A stretch of DNA of 64,000 nt. Origin: a virus. Its lineage: Duplodnaviria; Heunggongvirae; Uroviricota; Caudoviricetes. Shown here piece by piece: positions 20,819-30,163 of the stretch. The notes under the pieces were generated by a model. It was not told the DNA's origin and made no database searches. It saw nothing but the letters and a program-made list of their open reading frames with translations. The stretch is taken from IMG/VR virus record IMGVR_UViG_3300028888_000051, positions 163,384-227,383 of that record. One strand, given 5' to 3'. The translations under genes were made by a program, and so were the position numbers. Within the stretch, counting starts at the first letter, position 1. Each line of letters begins with the position of its first letter.

Positions 20819-21715
20819 ATGTCAAATGAATTAGTATTAAATTCAGAATGGACGCCTTTTTTAATAGAAAACAGAGCTTCTATTACATTTGATAAATTTT
20901 TAGATTTAATTAAACAATTAGATAACAATAGTTCACCAAATTTATGGACAAAATGGAAAAATTATGCTAATCAAGTAGTTATAGAAACACCAAATTACTA
21001 TTTTAAGTTATATGAAGATGATTATTTATGTGGTTCATTTTGGTCATTAATTCGCTCTACTTTAGGAGAGATATATACAAAATATTTTAATATTTTGTGG
21101 GATGTTAATATTATAAAGCAAAATAGTAAAATATATACACTCGAAAGACGTCAAAAATTAAATGTATGTATACCGAATTCAATTTTATATACTGATTTAC
21201 TTCTTAATTGGTCAAATACACTTAAAAAACTAGAAAATGAACTTTTATTATCAGAAATATGTCAACAACTTAAACCATATATTCCAGAATTAGCAGAACT
21301 TAAGTTGATACGTAATTGTATAAATAAATATGCAGATTATGCTATTACTGAAGATAATAATATTGTACTTTTAGATGATTCCGATTGGTTTATAGCTATG
21401 GTTGATAAAAACGGTAAATGGTTAAATTCAAAATTTAAAGGTTATAATATAATTTCTAGTTTAGGAGAAACAATTTTTGCTCCAGAGGGTTATTTTGATA
21501 AAGGAAATATAACTAAACATGAAGAATTTACAAATAAATGGCAAATTTATATGGAAAATATTAAAACTACAGAAATAGAAGGAATTTTATTTGATCAACG
21601 TGAACAAATGCTCAAAGATAATATATCTTTGATATTTAATCAAAAACTTTTGCCTAATCAAAATATAAAATCTTTTGATTCAGTAGGTGATTTACTTAAA
21701 ATTGGTTTTGAATAA
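20819..21715 (+). CDS. hypothetical protein (about 298 aa; track start 20789 is TTG, ATG at 20819 more likely)
   Basis: ORF; 3' end overlaps convergent radical-SAM gene by 20 nt. Confidence 0.5.
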   Translation: MSNELVLNSEWTPFLIENRASITFDKFLDLIKQLDNNSSPNLWTKWKNYANQVVIETPNYYFKLYEDDYLCGSFWSLIRSTLGEIYTKYFNILWDVNIIKQNSKIYTLERRQKLNVCIPNSILYTDLLLNWSNTLKKLENELLLSEICQQLKPYIPELAELKLIRNCINKYADYAITEDNNIVLLDDSDWFIAMVDKNGKWLNSKFKGYNIISSLGETIFAPEGYFDKGNITKHEEFTNKWQIYMENIKTTEIEGILFDQREQMLKDNISLIFNQKLLPNQNIKSFDSVGDLLKIGFE

Positions 21716-22742
21716 ATTCTCTATCACAGATAACACATTCATCAGAATCTATATAGGCGCAATAATTTAGTTGATGTCCACATTTAGCTGTAAGAAATTC
21801 TAAGCAATTACCTTCTTTTTCATTTAATTCATTTCGTGTATGTTTATTTCTATGATTTAATTGCATACGATGATTATCATCTGATTCATTGAAATTTCTA
21901 TACAAATCATCTGCACGATAAATTATATTAAAAAGTTTATCATATAAACCTGGGCAATCTTCTTTAAATTTAATTAAAAATTTTAAAAAATCTTCTCTTT
22001 TTGGAAAAAAACCCGGTAATCTTTTTTCCATTAATTGTTTAGCTTCCATGTATTGTTCAATTTTTGATAAGTTTTCATGAATAGGTTTAATTCCACCTGG
22101 AGAAGGTTGTTTAAAAAACATAGAAGTATGATATTTATTCATAAAATCATTAAAAGAAAATTCACCATTCAGATATTTGGTAATTATATCTTGAGTTAAA
22201 ATGGTACAAGTGTTAAAATTTAATGTTGGATATTTTTCATGTAAATTTAACATGTTATTTGACCAATTTTCTTGCATTTTTGGTAAATGAAAACGACCGA
22301 TCGTATCATAAGATGTAACAAGCCATACTTGATTTATTAATTCTGGTTTTCCGGCTTGAATATACATTTTTTTCATAATATCCAAAGAAGTATATAAATC
22401 TTTTTGTGAACCTATTGTAAGGGTACACATAATCCATACTTCACGTATTTTACCTGAAATTTGTAATTCTGCAGTTTTTTGCATAAGATTAAAAAATTTA
22501 TTTTTGACTTCATCTACATCAAGTTGACCTTGAAAAAATTCTCCACCTATATAAGATACTGTGTTATATGGAATCATTTTTTTGTTATCAGATAAAAAAT
22601 TATAAGCATCATCAAGTGCCTTAATTTTTAATTCTGTTGGTGTAAAGCTATTACTGTTTGCATTATAACAAAATACACATTTTTGATTACATTGATGCCA
22701 TAATTCAAACTGTAAACTCTTTTTTTCATTTATATCCATCAT
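21696..22742 (-). CDS. radical SAM protein, paralog 1 of 4 (348 aa), C-terminal 4-Cys cluster
   Basis: WHQCNQKCVFCYN (CxxxCxxC), YIGGEFF SAM-binding GGE motif, ILTQ and FFPKREDFLKF family motifs, C-terminal CGHQLNYCAYIDSDECVIC. Confidence 0.8.
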   Translation of the reverse strand: MMDINEKKSLQFELWHQCNQKCVFCYNANSNSFTPTELKIKALDDAYNFLSDNKKMIPYNTVSYIGGEFFQGQLDVDEVKNKFFNLMQKTAELQISGKIREVWIMCTLTIGSQKDLYTSLDIMKKMYIQAGKPELINQVWLVTSYDTIGRFHLPKMQENWSNNMLNLHEKYPTLNFNTCTILTQDIITKYLNGEFSFNDFMNKYHTSMFFKQPSPGGIKPIHENLSKIEQYMEAKQLMEKRLPGFFPKREDFLKFLIKFKEDCPGLYDKLFNIIYRADDLYRNFNESDDNHRMQLNHRNKHTRNELNEKEGNCLEFLTAKCGHQLNYCAYIDSDECVICDREFIQNQF

Positions 22743-23659
22743 TAGTCTCCTATCATTTCTAAAAAGTTTTCAACATCACTTCTTGGATGTATGTTAGAAT
22801 CAAAATATCCATAATTGTTTTCATCACAATAGGTATTCTTTTTATTTTCTGAATTATGTCTATCATTCATAATATAAAAATCTTTATCGTCAAATGAAGA
22901 ATAACATGTATCACTATGATTTACAATATTTATAAAATTTTCTAAATCATCTTTTGTAAACATTTTTGTTTCATAAGTATATTGTAAAAATTTAAGAAAG
23001 GTTTCTCTTCTCGGAAAAAAATTAGATAAAATTTTATTTTCGAAATCTTCAACATTTTTACATAGATGACCATAACCAGTCATTGGTAGCATATAATTTG
23101 TAAAGCAATTATAATTTTCATTGAATTCTTTTAAATTTAAACGATTAGACAACACTGCTTCTAACATAGCTTGAGTAACAATCATTTCAACATGAAGTTT
23201 TAAATTTGGATAATTTTTATGTAAAAATAACATATTATTTTGCCAATTTTTTAAAGTGTTATTATTAAATCTACCAATTATATCCCAAGAAGTACAAATC
23301 ATAAATTGATTCTGAAAGTTCTTTATATATTCACAAAATTCTAATAATTCAGAATTATCATCAAACATTAAAGCTGTTGTAATAAGACAGCGTTTAGCTA
23401 TTCCCATTTTAATTTTATTTATAAAACAGTCTATAATTTTATAAAAGTATTTTTTAACTTCAGCTGTATCTATTTCACCATTAAAAAATTCTCCACCGAT
23501 TATACCAAAATCAGAATATTTATCAGCTTCTTTTGTATTAAGAATATCTAAAACTTTTTTCATACATTTAACTTTATCTCTATGTCTAGGTATACCGTTA
23601 TTATAGCAAAATTTACATCCAAATGAACATTGTTTCCATAATTCAAATTGTAAAAACAT
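22742..23659 (-). CDS. radical SAM protein, paralog 2 of 4 (305 aa), lacks C-terminal Cys cluster
   Basis: WKQCSFGCKFCYN, IIGGEFF, MIVTQ, FFPRRETFLKF. Confidence 0.8.
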   Translation of the reverse strand: MFLQFELWKQCSFGCKFCYNNGIPRHRDKVKCMKKVLDILNTKEADKYSDFGIIGGEFFNGEIDTAEVKKYFYKIIDCFINKIKMGIAKRCLITTALMFDDNSELLEFCEYIKNFQNQFMICTSWDIIGRFNNNTLKNWQNNMLFLHKNYPNLKLHVEMIVTQAMLEAVLSNRLNLKEFNENYNCFTNYMLPMTGYGHLCKNVEDFENKILSNFFPRRETFLKFLQYTYETKMFTKDDLENFINIVNHSDTCYSSFDDKDFYIMNDRHNSENKKNTYCDENNYGYFDSNIHPRSDVENFLEMIGD

Positions 23660-23660
23660 A

Positions 23661-24584
23661 TTACTCTCCTAGTATAAGTAAATCACAAAGCATACATTCA
23701 TCTGAATCTGCATAACATCTATATAATTCACTATGACCACATTCGGTAATATTTTCTTTACCATCAGATAAAATTGGTTGTTGAGTTATATCATTATTTT
23801 TATTACGTAAACCAGTATATTTATAAATCGCCGAAGCGTTAGTTGAACTATACATATTAGTATATATCTGTGGAAAGTTTTCTTTCAAATATATACAAAA
23901 ATTAAGAAAATCTTCACGTTTGAAGAAAAAGTCATTTAATTTAAAACCAGAATGTATTGGATGAGGATATAAAAAACAAAAATTACATCCTTTTAGTTCT
24001 TCTTCTAAAAAATATTTAAAATCAAATTTGTTAGACATAATATCATCAATAAGATATTGAGTTAAAATCATTTGAACTCCAACTGCATAATTATATCTAT
24101 CTCTAAATTTTTTGATATTTTCTAAAGCTAATAATCTTTTTTCTTCTGAAGGATATCTATATTTTATATCATAAGAAAAATTTACATCTATAAATCGCAT
24201 GTCTCCTGTTTTTTCTTTGATTCTGTCTATAACACGAAATAAAAATGCTGGATCATACATTCCATTAGTTACAGTTGAATAGCGACATCTATAAGAAGTA
24301 CTAACTAATAATATTTTATTTATGATGTCATCTATTAAAAGCATAAATTCATCTTGTATATCTTTATCGGTTATAAAATACAATTCACCACCTAAAAGAG
24401 ATATACCATCAGCAAATTTATCTTTCCAATCAATATAATCCAAATTTTTTCTTATTTTATGTATTTCTTCAATAAGTCTAGATTTATCCCAAACTTCACG
24501 ATTTTTTCGTAAACAGAATTTACAGTTATTGTTACAATTTGGCCAAAGTGAATATTGATTCATATAATGTTTAATTTCTAACAT
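23661..24584 (-). CDS. radical SAM protein, paralog 3 of 4 (307 aa), C-terminal 4-Cys cluster
   Basis: WPNCNNNCKFC, LLGGELY, MILTQ, FFKREDFLNF, C-terminal CGHSELYRCYADSDECMLC. Confidence 0.8.
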   Translation of the reverse strand: MLEIKHYMNQYSLWPNCNNNCKFCLRKNREVWDKSRLIEEIHKIRKNLDYIDWKDKFADGISLLGGELYFITDKDIQDEFMLLIDDIINKILLVSTSYRCRYSTVTNGMYDPAFLFRVIDRIKEKTGDMRFIDVNFSYDIKYRYPSEEKRLLALENIKKFRDRYNYAVGVQMILTQYLIDDIMSNKFDFKYFLEEELKGCNFCFLYPHPIHSGFKLNDFFFKREDFLNFCIYLKENFPQIYTNMYSSTNASAIYKYTGLRNKNNDITQQPILSDGKENITECGHSELYRCYADSDECMLCDLLILGE

Positions 24585-25451
24585 TTACATTTTCTCCATT
24601 ATTTCTTTTAGCACTTTACAATCACAAACAAAACATTCATTTGAATCAGAATAACATTTTTTAAAATTTTCTGAATGACCACATTTACTTTTATTTGATG
24701 AGATATCAACTAGTTTTCCATTTTCAGATTTTTGTAAAATAATATTTTGATTTAAAAGAAAATTATTACAATATTCTGTACCATAACCTGGAAGTTGTTC
24801 ATTAAGTTTTAGAATAGTTTTAAAAACAGTTTCTCTTGTTGGAGCTTTTATGTCTTTTCCAAATTTTATATAGGGTATTGTATTTACTTTAACGTTATAG
24901 TTATTTTCATACTCAGCTATGTTAAATTTTTCAGATAATACATCATTACAAAAACTTCTGGTTAAAATAATATTGACATATATAAGTAACTCAGGAAATA
25001 AATTTCTAATTTCAGTGAGATTAAAATAAAATTGTTTCATAGAAAAAGAATTAGAAAATCTTCCATCTCCATCACCAGAAGTAGTAAAATGTATTCTATT
25101 TTCTAATTTATAATCTTTTATCATATTTAATATTGGTAAAAGAAGTTCATGAATATCATATAAAATATTTGTATTAATATAACATAATTCAATTTCATTT
25201 TTTAACATTTTTTCACAAGTTAATTTGAATAATTTAAATAATTGTGAATTTATTATTGTATTTTTTTCTGCAAATATTTCACCACCAACGAATAGTATAT
25301 GTGTATCAGTTAAGTCTTTTACTGCATTATATATTAATTTTATCGATTCAAGTTGTTCTTCATGAGTTTGTTGTTTTTCTCTTTTTTGCCAGCAAAATTT
25401 ACAATTATTTGGACAATTATTCCAAAGAATGAATTCATGTATAGGTAACAT
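24585..25451 (-). CDS. radical SAM protein, paralog 4 of 4 (288 aa), C-terminal Cys cluster
   Basis: WNNCPNNCKFC, FVGGEIF, IILTR, C-terminal CGHSENFKKCYSDSNECFVCDC; first gene of the operon. Confidence 0.8.
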   Translation of the reverse strand: MLPIHEFILWNNCPNNCKFCWQKREKQQTHEEQLESIKLIYNAVKDLTDTHILFVGGEIFAEKNTIINSQLFKLFKLTCEKMLKNEIELCYINTNILYDIHELLLPILNMIKDYKLENRIHFTTSGDGDGRFSNSFSMKQFYFNLTEIRNLFPELLIYVNIILTRSFCNDVLSEKFNIAEYENNYNVKVNTIPYIKFGKDIKAPTRETVFKTILKLNEQLPGYGTEYCNNFLLNQNIILQKSENGKLVDISSNKSKCGHSENFKKCYSDSNECFVCDCKVLKEIMEKM

Positions 25452-25464
25452 TTTAACTCCTCTT

Positions 25465-25503
25465 TAATTTATATTTTAGAACTGAAATGAGTTCTATATA
25501 TCA
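25465..25503. promoter_or_regulatory. divergent promoter-like region: back-to-back copies of the GTTCTA motif forming palindrome TAGAACT gaaatg AGTTCTA
   Basis: read directly; minus-strand copy faces radical-SAM operon, plus-strand copy faces ORF 25526. Confidence 0.55.
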
Positions 25504-25525
25504 TATAAAAAATAAAGGAGAAGTT

Positions 25526-26029
25526 ATGGAAAATATTAAACAATTAACTAAAGATGAAAAAATAGAAAAATTACGTGCTTATATGAAAGGTGAAATTTTA
25601 GATAATGATTTAGCCTTTAATGTATTTTTATTATTGTGTCCACCAAAAAATTTTGGTCAAGATTTTTTTGAACATGAAAAAGTAATGTATTCATCTATTA
25701 TTGAAATATGCTCTATAACAGGTTTATTAAAACAAGATATGATTGATTTTTGTAGTCAATTATTAGGTATATATGAAGCTTGTTTTAGATATTGTGTACC
25801 AATTAAAACAGAAAAACAAGAAACTAATGTACCAGAACAATATTTAAAAATTTTTGCATTATTAGATTTTCAAAGAATAGCCAAATTGTATGAAAAATAT
25901 GAGGCAGCTAATATAAATTGTAAGTATGGAGATGCTTATAAAGTAATTTATCCGTTTATGAGACAGTTTAATTTCTATGAAGATTTAATGTGTGAAAACG
26001 GATTTGAATTTGGAGATAATTGTGACTAA
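25526..26029 (+). CDS. hypothetical protein (about 167 aa; track start 25487 lies inside promoter motif, ATG 25526 with aaaggag RBS preferred)
   Basis: RBS aaaggagaag 7 nt before ATG 25526. Confidence 0.5.
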   Translation: MENIKQLTKDEKIEKLRAYMKGEILDNDLAFNVFLLLCPPKNFGQDFFEHEKVMYSSIIEICSITGLLKQDMIDFCSQLLGIYEACFRYCVPIKTEKQETNVPEQYLKIFALLDFQRIAKLYEKYEAANINCKYGDAYKVIYPFMRQFNFYEDLMCENGFEFGDNCD

Positions 26030-26816
26030 TAGTACAACAAATATTGATTCTAATGAAAAAATAACTTATGCTGTATTAACAACAAAATTTTTAGAATGGT
26101 TAAAAGCAAGTTGTAAAAATATAGGTACAGCATATGCATCAGATGTACCAGATGCAATGAAAAGTACAACATATCATAAAGATTATACCGGTACTATATC
26201 TGTTCCAGCTGATTGTAAGCCAAAATCAGCAAGTAGAAACACAAATTATAAAATGAGTATGAATATAAATAATACTTCATTACCAAATAGTTTTCCATTA
26301 GTTACTATCTCTGATATTGAAACAGATTTCAATAATTTTATGCAAGCTAGAGGTATATATACTAAATCAGATACTCCAGTTATAGCAACTGGTTTATTGG
26401 CTTTTTGGAATAATGTTGCATCATTTTGTTCAGCACGTATATATAATGTAGCTGGATTAAATGCTACAAAGGCATTACGTATGTATAAAAAATTAGGAAA
26501 AACAGTAGCTGAAATACAAGCTGCAGATAGTGGAAATAATCCATATTATAAAAAAGTTTCTACTATGACTCAAGGGTTTGTTCCAAATTCTTCACAAGGT
26601 AATTGTTTTAATAAAAATGATGTTACAAAATTATTAGATGAATTAGAAACAATTATTGGAGAGACAAATAGATTATATACTGTCACGTATGTTTTTTCAA
26701 ATAGTTTATGGTCATCATCTTGCTGTTCAAGTTCTTGTTCTTCTAGTTCATCATCTAGCTCAAGTAGTAGTTCATCATCTAGTTCAATGTTTATAGGATA
26801 TATGAAATTATATTAA
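25992..26816 (+). CDS. hypothetical protein, paralog of ORF 27969-28670, with poly-Ser/Cys C-terminal tail (start is GTG; GTG 26022 with ggag RBS also possible)
   Basis: shared motifs ETDFNNF, TGLLAFWNNV, ITY..L.T..L.W.K with ORF 27969; tail SSSCCSSSCSSSSSSSSSSSSSSSS. Confidence 0.55.
   Translation: MKTDLNLEIIVTNSTTNIDSNEKITYAVLTTKFLEWLKASCKNIGTAYASDVPDAMKSTTYHKDYTGTISVPADCKPKSASRNTNYKMSMNINNTSLPNSFPLVTISDIETDFNNFMQARGIYTKSDTPVIATGLLAFWNNVASFCSARIYNVAGLNATKALRMYKKLGKTVAEIQAADSGNNPYYKKVSTMTQGFVPNSSQGNCFNKNDVTKLLDELETIIGETNRLYTVTYVFSNSLWSSSCCSSSCSSSSSSSSSSSSSSSSMFIGYMKLY
26703..26790 (+). repeat. coding Ser-codon repeat (TCA/TCT/AGT/AGC) encoding poly-Ser/Cys tail
   Basis: tcatcatcttgctgttcaagttcttgttcttctagttcatcatctagctcaagtagtagttcatcatctagttca. 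Confidence 0.7.
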
Positions 26817-26879
26817 AAATATTCTTTAATTGCTATATATAAATTAAGTTCAATAATATAAATCATTGGAGTTTATATT

Positions 26880-27920
26880 ATGAAAGACAAAAATTTAATA
26901 ATTAAAGAATGGTTTGATATAGATGGTTTTTCAGTTAATGAATTACAAATATTAAAAGCTCATCGTCCAGAAGTAATAAAAAATTATAATATCGATTTAG
27001 AAAAATCAATGATAGATAGATTTTCTAAATTATTACCTTATAGTCATATAAATTATGGCACACATGAAATTTCTTTTTTTGAACATGCTACAGATATAAT
27101 AAATTGTTTATTTTCACAAAAAGTTGATGATAATACTTTAGTTATTGTATCTAATAATGAGCATGAAAATGTAATAAAAAATTATACACAATGCAAGAAT
27201 ATTTATGTTTTAGATTTTGATACTGAAATAATACCATGTAAATTAGATAATTTATATGCAGAATGCAGTAAATATAGAAAAGTATTTGTATATATAATAG
27301 GCACACAAGTTTCAAATGGAATAATTACACCACAATTATTTTTTGAAACATTAAAAACTTGGCTAGTATCAAATCAAAAAGAGCATGTAATGATAATTGA
27401 TGATGTGCATGGCTTATTTATAGTACCTAGAGATTATACTATATTTGATTACATCATTTATACATGTCATGCTTTAATTACACAATTTGATATGGGAATT
27501 TTAATTGCAAAGAGACCTTCTGAATTAGTAGGATATCATTATTTAAATTGGGGAATGGCTTATTTAGATGCTATAGAAATAATATTTAATCATTTAATAA
27601 AATTTTATAATTTCAAAAATATAATGTGCCAATATTTTGAAGAAGAAATTGCTGAAAAAAAGTTGACATTAAATTCTAATACAGCTCCACATATTTTTGC
27701 ACCAGAAATTCATAGACTTAGATTAAATAAAAATGATTTTGATGAGATATTTTATGAATTAAAAAAGTATGATATGCGTATTGAGGGAGGATTTGATGAA
27801 AATGGTAAATGTAATTCTAGATTATATCTTCGAATAAGAGAAGGGCAATACTTTACACATCCAGAAAGATTAATTCCAGGTTTAGAAATAGCTAAGTCAA
27901 TTTTTAGTACAATAGAATAA
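26880..27920 (+). CDS. hypothetical protein (346 aa) with weak resemblance to PLP-dependent aminotransferase class-V fold; catalytic Lys not evident
   Basis: IIDDVHGLFIVP...DYIIYTCHALITQFDMGILIAKR resembles DA.Q..G...D..SgHK..GP.G.G.L..R pattern of NifS/IscS-like enzymes but HK replaced by HA. Confidence 0.3.
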   Translation: MKDKNLIIKEWFDIDGFSVNELQILKAHRPEVIKNYNIDLEKSMIDRFSKLLPYSHINYGTHEISFFEHATDIINCLFSQKVDDNTLVIVSNNEHENVIKNYTQCKNIYVLDFDTEIIPCKLDNLYAECSKYRKVFVYIIGTQVSNGIITPQLFFETLKTWLVSNQKEHVMIIDDVHGLFIVPRDYTIFDYIIYTCHALITQFDMGILIAKRPSELVGYHYLNWGMAYLDAIEIIFNHLIKFYNFKNIMCQYFEEEIAEKKLTLNSNTAPHIFAPEIHRLRLNKNDFDEIFYELKKYDMRIEGGFDENGKCNSRLYLRIREGQYFTHPERLIPGLEIAKSIFSTIE

Positions 27921-27968
27921 AGTTCTAAATTTATATTAATATAAACAAATAATTTTAATGGTAATATT

Positions 27969-28670
27969 ATGGCAATTGATCCTACAAATACACTTACATA
28001 TAATGAATTAAAAACTGATACTTTAAATTGGATAAAAACTATTCCACAAAATGTTGGTTCATATAAAAGTACTGTACATGCATCTTTAAGAGATCCAAAT
28101 TGGAGTAAAACATTAACTCAATATAATTATAATTGGGAATATAGATATACATATAATAAACAAGGAAATCCAACAAAAGCTGATAGATATCGTACACATA
28201 TTGATTTGATTGCCAAAATAAATACAGCTACAATTATTCCAGTAGTAACAGCAACACAAATTGAAACAGATTTTAATAATTTTTTAACTACAGCTAATAT
28301 TAATTCACGTTTAAATGGAATAGTTACAACATCTGGACTTTTAAATTTTTGGGATAATGTAGTATGTTTTTTATATAAACATTTGGTTAGTGTTTCTAGT
28401 AATGATGCACCAAATGGTGTTTTAATGTATTGGTCAACTTCAACATATAATTATAAATATGTTACTAAATTATCAGATAACTATACTACAGTACCAAGTG
28501 AAACAAAAATTACAGCACAAGATATGTTAGATATGTTAACCACATTAGAAGAAACTTATAATTTTGCACATCGAACACATATTGTTACTTATTCGATAAC
28601 AAAAACGACAACTGTTACAAAATTAGCTACTGGTGTTGCACCTGGTACTTATGAATCACCTGAATCATAA
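27969..28670 (+). CDS. hypothetical protein (233 aa), paralog of ORF 25992-26816
   Basis: IETDFNNFLTTANINSRLNGIVTTSGLLNFWDNVV matches paralog; AGTTCTAAAT motif upstream. Confidence 0.55.
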   Translation: MAIDPTNTLTYNELKTDTLNWIKTIPQNVGSYKSTVHASLRDPNWSKTLTQYNYNWEYRYTYNKQGNPTKADRYRTHIDLIAKINTATIIPVVTATQIETDFNNFLTTANINSRLNGIVTTSGLLNFWDNVVCFLYKHLVSVSSNDAPNGVLMYWSTSTYNYKYVTKLSDNYTTVPSETKITAQDMLDMLTTLEETYNFAHRTHIVTYSITKTTTVTKLATGVAPGTYESPES

Positions 28671-28674
28671 AATT

Positions 28675-29259
28675 TTAAAATTCTTTTGTTTGTAACCAGT
28701 GTTTTCTACAAACAGATTTATACACTATATTATCTTTTTCGATTCCTATAACTTTATTTGAAGTATCTGGTTTTCTATTTACATAACGTAAATGATGTGT
28801 TGCTTTATTTGTACAATCTGGTTTTTCACATAACATTTCTATTTCTTGTATTTCATCTGCAAATTCAATAAAAGCTTTTGTACCTTCAAAAAGATTTCCA
28901 TTAATATCATTTTTTAGACCATATGCAATAATATTTATATTTTGTTGTTCAATTAACTTTGAAATAAAAATTACATCATCACGAGTAAAAAATTGTGCTT
29001 CATCAATAATAATTATTTTATCATAATTTATATTGTTTAATTCATTTTCAAAATTTTCAATATAATAAGCAGGTATTTTTTCTTTAATCAGTCTAGAAGT
29101 AGTATATCCCCAACCTTTTTGATTTCCATCTCGTGTATCTATAACTGGTTTTATTATAATAGGATTCATGTTTTTATATTTGTACATTTGATATGTTTTT
29201 ATTGCATTTACTGATTTACCTGCATTCATACATCCATAATAAAACTTTAATTTTGTCAT
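28675..29259 (-). CDS. tdk: thymidine kinase
   Basis: P-loop GCMNAGKS, DEAQFF, C-terminal zinc ribbon CEKPDC...CRKHW typical of type II TK. Confidence 0.85.
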   Translation of the reverse strand: MTKLKFYYGCMNAGKSVNAIKTYQMYKYKNMNPIIIKPVIDTRDGNQKGWGYTTSRLIKEKIPAYYIENFENELNNINYDKIIIIDEAQFFTRDDVIFISKLIEQQNINIIAYGLKNDINGNLFEGTKAFIEFADEIQEIEMLCEKPDCTNKATHHLRYVNRKPDTSNKVIGIEKDNIVYKSVCRKHWLQTKEF

Positions 29260-29280
29260 TTTAAAATTATCCTAATAAAA

Positions 29281-29330
29281 AATAAACACGCATATATAGA
29301 ATTCCTATAATACACGTGTTTATTAAAAAA
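29281..29330 (-). terminator. minus-strand rho-independent terminator (AATAAACACG/CGTGTTTATT stem) with tk promoter-like motif in loop
   Basis: perfect 10-bp inverted repeat flanked by A-run (T-run on minus strand); loop contains TATATAGAATT = minus-strand AATTCTATATA. Confidence 0.6.
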
Positions 29331-29362
29331 TTAAAAGTCAAGAGACAAGTTTTGTTTAACAC

Positions 29363-30163
29363 CTAAGAAAATAACTTTACAAGCTTTTGCCAGAATGTAT
29401 CTGGATTTTTAACTTTTGCAACTATTACCTCTTCTTTTTTATTTTTAATAATAGATTGGCCAGAGAGTAAATAGTTTTTAAGATCATCATACTCAGCATT
29501 ATACCTCGCTTTATATTCTGGATACTTGATCTTTCTATATGTATATAATTTTTCTAAAAATTTTTCTTTCGTAAGAATATTTTTATTAAAACATATACTT
29601 TGGAAGATTTTATAAGCACCACCTTGTCCATGTTGTATAATAGTAGACTTAACTGCTGCTTGAATAGCATTATCTTCAGAAGCCCAAGATGTTAATTTAT
29701 TAAAATTACTATTGCCGTTTTTATCCATACGAATATAAACAGGAATTATTTCTTTTTTTAATAAAAAATTATCATATGAATTTCTAAAAGATTTTTCAGT
29801 AGCTATTTTCTTCCATATATTTATAAAATTTTTATTACCAGCATATGCAGCTCTATAACCACCTGCTTGTATTAATATATCATAATACTTATAATTATTA
29901 TCTTTTAAATATGTTAAAAAGAAATCAAAAGTAGATGGTAAATTGTTCTTTCTCCAAGTAGATATTTGCCACTTTCCATAAGAATAACCACCATATCCAT
30001 CCTTACTTATTGCTTGATACCCTAATTTACCACATTCATATTTTGCTACAATATCATGCTTTGTATGAAGAGCATCATAATTTGTTTTGGCTTGAACTGT
30101 TACTATATTTCCAAAAATAACTAAAGTTATATAATAACTTAACCAAAAGATTTGTTTAATCAT
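29363..30163 (-). CDS. secreted protein with signal peptide; weak lysozyme-like (GH108-type E.G...D.GG..YG) motif
   Basis: N-terminal MIKQIFWLSYYITLVIFGNIVTVQA signal; YECGKLGYQAISKDGYGGYSYGKWQIS. Confidence 0.35.
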   Translation of the reverse strand: MIKQIFWLSYYITLVIFGNIVTVQAKTNYDALHTKHDIVAKYECGKLGYQAISKDGYGGYSYGKWQISTWRKNNLPSTFDFFLTYLKDNNYKYYDILIQAGGYRAAYAGNKNFINIWKKIATEKSFRNSYDNFLLKKEIIPVYIRMDKNGNSNFNKLTSWASEDNAIQAAVKSTIIQHGQGGAYKIFQSICFNKNILTKEKFLEKLYTYRKIKYPEYKARYNAEYDDLKNYLLSGQSIIKNKKEEVIVAKVKNPDTFWQKLVKLFS

